From Eledone cirrhosa (taxonomy: Eukaryota), in contig OZ024745.1 of NCBI GenBank assembly GCA_964016885.1, positions 32,550,001 to 32,614,000 of the forward strand: a stretch of DNA of 64,000 nt, in the 5' to 3' direction. Of this stretch, positions 54,770-64,000 are shown piece by piece (within the stretch, counting starts at the first letter, position 1; each line of letters opens with the position of its first letter). Made by a program: the position numbers and the translations under genes. The notes under the pieces are model-generated. The model saw only the letters and a list, made by a program, of their open reading frames with translations. It ran no database searches and was not told the origin of the DNA.

Positions 54770-55639
54770 CAAAGCATATTCACATAGCAAGTTGGCAAGA
54801 CAGTCAAATTATATTTTAAGATGTGAAAGAAATTATGTACTGACTATGTGTATCAACAAAGGATAGAGAAGAAAATACATTAGTGTAGTGCTCTGTATTA
54901 AGTGTATTCATACAAATATACCAACTCAGTGAAAACACTAGAGTTAAAGAGAGAAAAAGCATGCAGCATTCAGAGAGCTGGAAATAACCTGTTTTACCTC
55001 CTCCTCAACTACTACTTTCTTTTAAATGTTTTTGAAATCCACTGCAACTCCAATAGAAAGATTTTATCACTTTTTTATAAAATCTCCATTTCCCTAGTTT
55101 GGGAAATCAGATTTAAAAACATTTTTGTTCATGAAGTCTTTCGAAATAAATCTCAATCTCTGTGTGCTCTGTAATGTCAAATTTTGTGATGATTCATTAA
55201 GAAATGGCAACACTGTTTAAAGACAAACAGATAAACTTTGAGTCGTATGACCATGATGATTGATGATATTTAGTCCTAGAGATGATACATCCACTGGTAT
55301 AAACAAGGTACCCAATATGCTCCTAATAACTCTACCCTCTCACCATTAACCATTCTATCCACTAGTTCTTTCCACCTCTCTACTACCATTTGCCATATTC
55401 AGATTGTGAGACACATTATGCATGTTAGTCATTGTCCAGATAAGACCTGCTAACAAAGCTATACCAATGCTTTAATGCTGTATTGCAACACTGCATATCT
55501 GCATTTGTCCTTATGTGCAGCGTGAAAGAGCAGAAACTGATTCTGTTCGGTAAATACATTTTTTTTTCATTGGTAAATATTGATTATTATTCTTCAGGTA
55601 GCTTCAACACTAAACTCAAATTCCTGCTGATAACAGGCA

Positions 55640-57250
55640 ACTTCTAAGGTATCTCTTGGGCAATTGAGGCAATCTATTTATTACATGTGCGCTCTTACTG
55701 CATACTTCTCTTGTGCATCTGCTGAAAATAAAGTCTATCTTATCTGATAACTTACCTGTAATCTCACTACATCTCTTGTGCATTCATAGATTACACTGTT
55801 TACAACTTACAAAATTTCTACCTACCTCTTTGCAATATATCAAACAAAGTCACTTCTCTGATGGTAACAGGTTCCTGTCTTCTTTCCTACTTCTCAATAT
55901 TTTAGTCTTTGCTATGTTACCTTTGAGCCTTTTGACTAGGTTTTTCTTCCATGTCTGGAATTTCACCCCTAACTCTTCCACTGATCCAGCAATAATGACT
56001 AGATCATCAGCATACAGGAGTCCCCATGAAATCCCAGTTTTAAACTCATACTGAGGACTGAGCTGTGGTGAACACGCACCTGCATTTCAAATTCATCACT
56101 AAATTTATTGCCAACTCTCACCTTGCTGGTTGCATCTCATTACATGGCTTGTACACCTCTCCCAAGCCATCTGTCTATACCTAGCTTCCTTAATGCACAC
56201 CAGATTAGAGAGGGGGGGGGCTTTGTCAAGGAATTTCTCCAGATCCACAAACTTAGTCAAGTACTTCTCTTGTTGTCGTATGAGAAAAAGGACATTGGCA
56301 GTACCTCTATTTGGTGTAAAACGAACTACATTTCATTTAACTTGATTCTGGTCCTAATTAGTTGTACTTGAACCTTTTCAGTAACTTTCATGACCTGGTC
56401 ATCATCTTGATGCCTCGCTAATTACCTTTCCCTAATGCATCTCCTTTACCCTTGTAGCAGTTTACAATGATAATGTACTACTTGATTAATTATGCATTTA
56501 TTAGCTAATATCCTACTATGCCAGATGGTCCAGCTACCTTCTCTACTTTCATGCCCTTAGTTGTTTTATCTATCACACTGCTGTCAACTTTTATCTTGTC
56601 ACTTGGAGGTCTAAATGGAGTAGGTTCTCCCTGTCCCATTTATTTTCTTCATTCAGCAGTCTCTCATAGTAATCTTCTATGACTCCTCCTTTTCAGCATC
56701 AGATAGGGCAAGTGCTCCACTAACATATCGGACTTACTTTTCCCCAACCACATCAATGCTCTCTTGATGGGTAGGCCCTCACTATCCCATTTATTCTCTT
56801 TGTTCAGTAGTCTCATGTAATAGTATTTCCATGCCCTTTTCTTGTCAGCCTGTCAGAGGAGCAAGTGCTCCACTATCATTTCAGACACATTTTCGTCCAA
56901 GACATCTCAATCTTTACTGATGCAGTCTTTCAAAGCAAAAAACATCAAACTTTTTATCCTCACTTCATAGAACATAAACAAACTTCTTTTCTGCCTCTTT
57001 CCTGACTATGTATACCTGGCACCTAGATTCTCTTCTAGCTAATTGGTATTGCTCTTTATTTCTCCCCTTTCCCCTATTTTTCCAGACTTGTCGCTTTGTT
57101 TTTATGGCTCAATCTATTTTATCATTCTATCACTATGCAGCTTTGTCTTGCTGGGACCTTGCTCCAGCCACAGACTTGGCCTGTAGTTTTCAGCAGATTG
57201 TATCATAGAAATTCCCAATTTTCCTCTATACTATAATTCCCCATTATGTT
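55640..57250 (-). mobile_element. Decayed RTE-like LINE (reverse transcriptase region)
   Basis: Minus strand GISWGLLYADDLVIIAGSVEELGVKFQTWKKNL...NIAKTKIL; YADD at 56003-56014; many stops and frameshifts. Confidence 0.8.
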
Positions 57251-57519
57251 GAGATGGTACACAGTTGGAAATTCCCATGAGTGGCAAATACTTTTATGAA
57301 GTTTTAGTATTTTGATATAAAAAAAAGTGCAGGGCAATCAAAATAGATGGAAGCTACGGAGTAGGCAGACCCAGAAAAACCTGGGACGATTTGATAAATT
57401 CCGACCTTACACCTCTCCAAGACAATGTCACTGGACCGAGATCTTTGGCGCTACGCAGTAATACAGAAGACCTGCTTTGCCTAAGTACAAAGTGAAACCT
57501 ACAGTCAGTAGGCACCTCC

Positions 57520-57862
57520 CCCCATCCCACTACGCCTACCCCCACCCCCATCTACACCACCTCTTTCTCTGTAAAGTTATGTTGGTGCCACAACATCCAG
57601 TCCTAAATAAATGAGGTCGTGTAGGTGTCATGACAAAAAAAACACACAGTCTACGCTGTGGCCGTGTAGGTAACACGGTAAAAACCTCCCAGCCCACACT
57701 GTAAACGTGGTTGGTGTTAGGAAGGGCATCCAGCCATAGAAAACCCGCCAGACAGTCCCATACGGGCAAGACAACCAATCTTGCCTCACGTGGGACAATT
57801 CCCGTCTAAACGCATGCTAGCGTGGAAGATAAATGTTAAACGATGATGATGATGATGATGAT
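57520..57862 (+). mobile_element. SINE-like repeat with (ATG)n tail
   Basis: Same family as 47370-47705; contains ttggtgttaggaagggcatccagcc. Confidence 0.75.
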
Positions 57863-58066
57863 ATCTAAAATGTTAAAAAGTTTTAGAGTACCGTTTTTGT
57901 TTCAGAACTCCATTACATAATGATTTTTTTTTTTTTTTTTACTATTTCATCTGTTTTATGAAAGTTTCTCAAATTTTGGTTTACTTCCTTTTAGTAAAGA
58001 AAAATAGTGCCACCTTCCAAATGTAATAGGTTTTTGTTGAATGAAGCATATGCATGGAAATGATAA

Positions 58067-58152
<86 letters not shown>

Positions 58153-58464
58153 TCTTTATATTTATGTGATCATGAGAGTATATGTCACTGTCTATGCATG
58201 ATTATAAATATGTGTGTGTCAGCGTGTGTGGGTCAATGTTTCAGTATACATATAGAAGTAAGTTTCTAAGTTATATTTATCATAACAGTGTGTCAATGGA
58301 CATAACTATAGTGTACTGACCCCCACCTTAATATCTTTTCTCGAAACTTCTATAAAATTGCACTAAGCAACTAAAATGATTAATATCTGTATATATACAA
58401 TATATGGAGGTAACCGTGACATTCATGCAGTCTCGTTTAACTCTGTACAGATATCTGTTTATCA

Positions 58465-58666
58465 TATGAGGGTAGGCTGAAAAGTTCATAAACTGACTAT
58501 GAAGAAGTGATGCTAGAGCTGTGAAATTTTACATGCATTAATTTCAACTCTTATTAATAACTGCATTGATTTTTTTTTCCATGGACTATGTTGAAAAATA
58601 AACCTCATTTGGTCACTCCATGAGAATATTTTGGTCAGCTTATGTACTTTTAAGTCAAGCTTCGTA
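58465..58666. mobile_element. Mariner-like MITE
   Basis: tatgagggtaggctgaaaagttcataaactgac ... gtcagcttatgtacttttaagtcaagcttcgta imperfect TIRs with TA ends; related copy at 36535-36700. Confidence 0.65.
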
Positions 58667-59521
58667 TAGGTTTGTTTGGTGTTTTTTTGTATTTTTTTTT
58701 ACTACAAAATTTAATGTATACTGAAAATAAGTACCAATAAAGTCACTAATAATATGTAACTTAGCATTACTTCATGAACTGGGTTTGTTGTCTGTTAGAC
58801 TAATTCAACTTTTCCTGACCATCCCTGCAACTTCAGTTTCAAACAAAAAACACTTTTCAATCTTTGATAGAAATCCATCATTCTTAAAAGGACAATAACT
58901 TAAAGATGGTTGTCTTTGATGGCCCATATTTCCATTGAGTAACAGATACTTGTTGATTTAGAATTACACAGTAAAATATTAGAAGAATTTGCTATAAAAC
59001 TAAGGCACTTGGAACTTAAGCTTAAATGTAGCATTTATTTATTATAAAAATGTATGGATTTTTTACTTTTTAATGTACAATTGCAGTGCTCATTCCATGT
59101 AAACACATTGCTAATTCATGTAAATGCAATGCTTTTATCCTTCTGGAGCCAATAAAATAAAGTAACAATCAGGTACTTTGGTTGATTTAACCAACTTCCT
59201 TTGCACCTCATACACACCCCACACCACAAAAAAAAATTGTTGGTCTTGTGTCTAACTCAGAAGCTATTATTAATATTAATGTTTTGATTTTTACATGCAC
59301 AAACACTGAAATATTCAACATATGATAATGAGAGAATTGTGTAAAGAATTATGTGTATTAGTGCACACACGCACACATATATATATATACATATCCATCT
59401 ATATTGATTCATCTTTTTTTGTCTTTTGGTTTACATAATCCTAAAAGATAATACAACTTATAATCCATATTAGTAATACATGATAATGAAAGAATATTGC
59501 AAAGAAAGATTTTTTTAAACA

Positions 59522-59868
59522 AAGGAGGCGCATGGCTTAGTGGTTAGAGCATTGGCCTTGCAATCGAAAGGTTGTGAATTCAATTCTCAGACCGGGTGAT
59601 GTGTTGTTTCCTTGAGCAAGACACTTTATTTCACATTGCTCCAGTTTACTCAGCTGTAGAAATGAGATGATAGGGACTGGGGTTCCTATCATTCCACTGC
59701 AAAGTGGTCGTGGAGGTGCCACGGCAAAAAAGCACCCAGCACTCACTGTAAATGAGGTTGGTGTTAGGAAGGGCATCCAGCTGTAGAAATCAAGCCAGAG
59801 CCAGTTCCCGTCCCACCCTTGCAAGCAGGGAAAAGCGGATGTAAAATGAAATGATGATGAAATGATGA
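59522..59868 (+). mobile_element. tRNA-derived SINE, second family with RTE-like tail
   Basis: Box A tggcttagtgg, box-B-like aattcaattc, cttgagcaagacactttatttcac body, ttggtgttaggaagggcatccagc domain, (ATG)n tail. Related pieces at 39655-39830 and 26740-27225. Confidence 0.8.
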
Positions 59869-60219
59869 AAGTCTTACTTAAACCACATTAAGTCCATCAT
59901 ATTTATTGTCTATTCAGCACATATAAAAAAATATAATAAATATATATATTATTTTTTTTATCATTCTTAGTGTGGGGATTAATAAGAGATTACAGCAAAA
60001 AATTCTTTCAAATATTTAGGAGACATAAATACCTAGAGTAAAAAGTTCCGTTATGAAGGATATTTCATTTTGTGTGAGATATATCTTTCAAAGATGATGA
60101 AAAATAAATGTTCAGAGTTGAAGTACATAGAAATTTATTTTAAAACTTCAATTAGTATTCTTTTGTTGTTTTTTTATATATTCATTCGTTTTTATTTCTC
60201 TATTTTAGTTCAAATTCAG

Positions 60220-60221
<2 letters not shown>

Positions 60222-60315
<94 letters not shown>

Positions 60316-60503
60316 ACATGTATATTTATATTTATATATACAGAAACACATGTATATTTATATATATATACATATACAAGTATATATAAATACATATATA
60401 TATATATATATATACATACATATATATATACATGTATATATTTATATATATACATAAACAAGTATATATATAAATACATATATATATATATACATGTATA
60501 TAC

Positions 60504-60534
<31 letters not shown>

Positions 60535-60566
60535 CATGTATATATATATATATATATACACATATA

Positions 60567-60598
<32 letters not shown>

Positions 60599-61145
60599 CA
60601 TGTATATATATATATACATGTGTATATATATATATATATATACATATATATATACATGTATATATATATATATATACATGTATATATACATATTTATATA
60701 TATACATCAAAGTTATTCAAAGTTATTCAAAGTTATATATACATACATGTATGTATATATATATATGTACATGTGTATATATATATATACATGTATATAT
60801 ATATATACATGTATATATATATATACATGTATATACATATATACATGTATATACATATATACATGTATATACAAATATATATATATACATATACATGTAT
60901 ATACATATATATACATGTATATACATATATATATATACATGTATATACATATATCTATATATACATGTATATACATATATATATATATATACATGTATAT
61001 ACATATATATATATACATGTATATACATATATATATATACATGTATATACATATATATATATACATGTATATATATATATATATATATACATACACATAT
61101 ATATATACACATATATATATATATACACATATATATATACACATT

Positions 61146-61201
<56 letters not shown>

Positions 61202-61629
61202 CATACATGTATATACATATATATATATACATGTATATACATATATATACATGTATATACATATATATATATATACATGTATATACATATATATATATAC
61301 ATGTATATACATATATATATATACATGTATATACATATATATATATACATGTATATACATATATATATATACATGTATATACATATATATATATACATGT
61401 ATATACATATATATATATACATGTATATACATATATATATATACATGTATATACATATATATATATATACATGTATATACATATATATATATATACATGT
61501 ATATACATATATATATATACATGTATATACATATATATATATATACATGTATATACATATATATATATATACATGTATATACATATATATATATATACAT
61601 GTATATACATATATATATATATATACATG

Positions 61630-61670
<41 letters not shown>

Positions 61671-61945
61671 GTATATACATATATATATATATACATGTAT
61701 ATACATATATATATATAATATATATATATACATATATATATATATACACACATATATATATATATACACACATATATATATATACACACATATATATATA
61801 TACACACATATATATATACACATATATATATATACACATATATATATATACACATATATATATATACACATATATATATATACACATATATATATATACA
61901 CATATATATATATACACATATATATATATACACATATATATATAT

Positions 61946-62008
<63 letters not shown>

Positions 62009-62050
62009 ACATATATATATATACACATATATATATACACATATATATAT

Positions 62051-62109
<59 letters not shown>

Positions 62110-62132
62110 TATATACATATATATATATATAT

Positions 62133-62179
<47 letters not shown>

Positions 62180-62296
62180 TATATATATACACACACACAC
62201 ACATATAAATATATATATACACACACATATATATAATATATATACACTCATATATATATATATATATATCTATACATATTATATATATATATACTC

Positions 62297-62375
<79 letters not shown>

Positions 62376-62423
62376 CACACACACATATAACATATATATA
62401 CTCATATATATATATATCTATAC

Positions 62424-62454
<31 letters not shown>

Positions 62455-62533
62455 TATACATATATATATTACATATATATATATATATATCTATACATAT
62501 ATATATACATATATATATATATATAATCTATAC

Positions 62534-62576
<43 letters not shown>

Positions 62577-62628
62577 TATATATATATATACACATATATA
62601 TATATATACATATATAATATATATATAC

Positions 62629-62670
<42 letters not shown>

Positions 62671-62687
62671 ATATTATATATATACAC

Positions 62688-62734
<47 letters not shown>

Positions 62735-63404
62735 ATATACATGTATACACATACATATATATACATATATATATATACACATATATATTATATATACATA
62801 TATATATATACACATATATATATATATATACCTATATATATATTACATATATATATATATATACATATATATTATATATATATATAACATATATATATAC
62901 ACACACATATATATATAATACATATACATATATATAATATATATATACAAATATTATATATATATACATATATCTATATATATATACATATTATATATAT
63001 ATATACACACATATATATACACACATATATCTATATATATAATAACATGTATACACATATATATATATACATGTATACACATATATATATATATACATGT
63101 GTATATATATATAATATATATATATATATTATATATATATATACATATATATATACATATATATATATATATAACATATAATATTATATATATTATACAT
63201 CATATATATATATATTCATATATATATATATACATATATATATATATTCATATATATATATATATTCATATATATATATATATTCATATATATATATCAT
63301 ATCATATATATACATATATATATTAATATACAATAGATATATATTACATGTATATACATATATATATATATATTATACATATATATACATATATATGTAT
63401 ATAC

Positions 63405-63442
<38 letters not shown>

Positions 63443-63588
63443 ATACATATATATATAATGTATATACATATATATATTATATACATATATAATACATATA
63501 TATACATGTATATACATATATCATGTATATACATATATATTATACATGTATATACATATATATTCAATATACACACACATACGTGCGT

Positions 63589-63635
<47 letters not shown>
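60222..63635. repeat. (TG)n and (TA)n-rich field with an ~24-bp higher-order unit ATACATGTATATACAT(AT)n
   Basis: Directly visible; higher-order unit clearest at 60800-61700. Confidence 0.95.
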
Positions 63636-63927
63636 CCTTTCAGAAATTGTGCAAACAAAAAAAACACAGAAATGGAAAATATATATTATCAAAATTAGCT
63701 TTTATTTCCTAGGGAGCAAAATGATACTCAGGTTACTGATATGAAGCCATTTCATCAGTGAAGAAATATCCTGTGGCAGCAGATAAACATTTCTCTTTCT
63801 CTCTCACACATATATACTAACACTTTCTCTCACATACATACACTCTCACGTTCTTTCACACACATACACTATCACTTTCTCTCTCTCCCACACACTATCT
63901 CTCTCTCTCTCTCTCTCCCACACACTA

Positions 63928-63963
<36 letters not shown>

Positions 63964-64000
63964 TATCACTCACTTACTCTCTCACCTCATACAAGAGATA

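Noticed and set aside
58228-58325. Hairpin with GAAA-cat-tgaccc on the minus strand
   Set aside because: The CUGANGA strand is absent, so it cannot be called a ribozyme.

Overview
AT-rich, repeat-dominated eukaryotic genomic DNA. The SINE families, RTE/R4 LINE remnants and very large (TA)n arrays suggest a cephalopod (octopus-like) genome; this is inference. Most ORFs in the supplied track are microsatellite artefacts. One real host gene is visible: three phase-compatible minus-strand exons (34130-33970, 32906-32681, 28054-27924) encoding the C-terminal part of a BEN-domain DNA-binding protein. Its 5' exons could not be placed. The main non-obvious signal is a dense set of type I hammerhead-ribozyme (HHR) motifs: about 14 including decayed ones, on both strands, 10 of them between 46.9 and 54.8 kb. 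They lie in short, mutually dissimilar elements that are usually bounded by (TA)n, often followed by AATAAA, and often fold back on themselves. One element keeps a Penelope-type GIY-YIG endonuclease C-terminus with an inverted pseudo-LTR, which links the set to Penelope-like retroelements. Several HHRs have non-canonical cores (U3-A8 covariation, U4C, U4A, a 1-nt insertion). The window also holds a complete non-autonomous Helitron, mariner/piggyBac/pogo-like MITEs and remnants, about 20 SINEs and two 2-kb minisatellites. All structures were read by eye; no folding or database searches were run.
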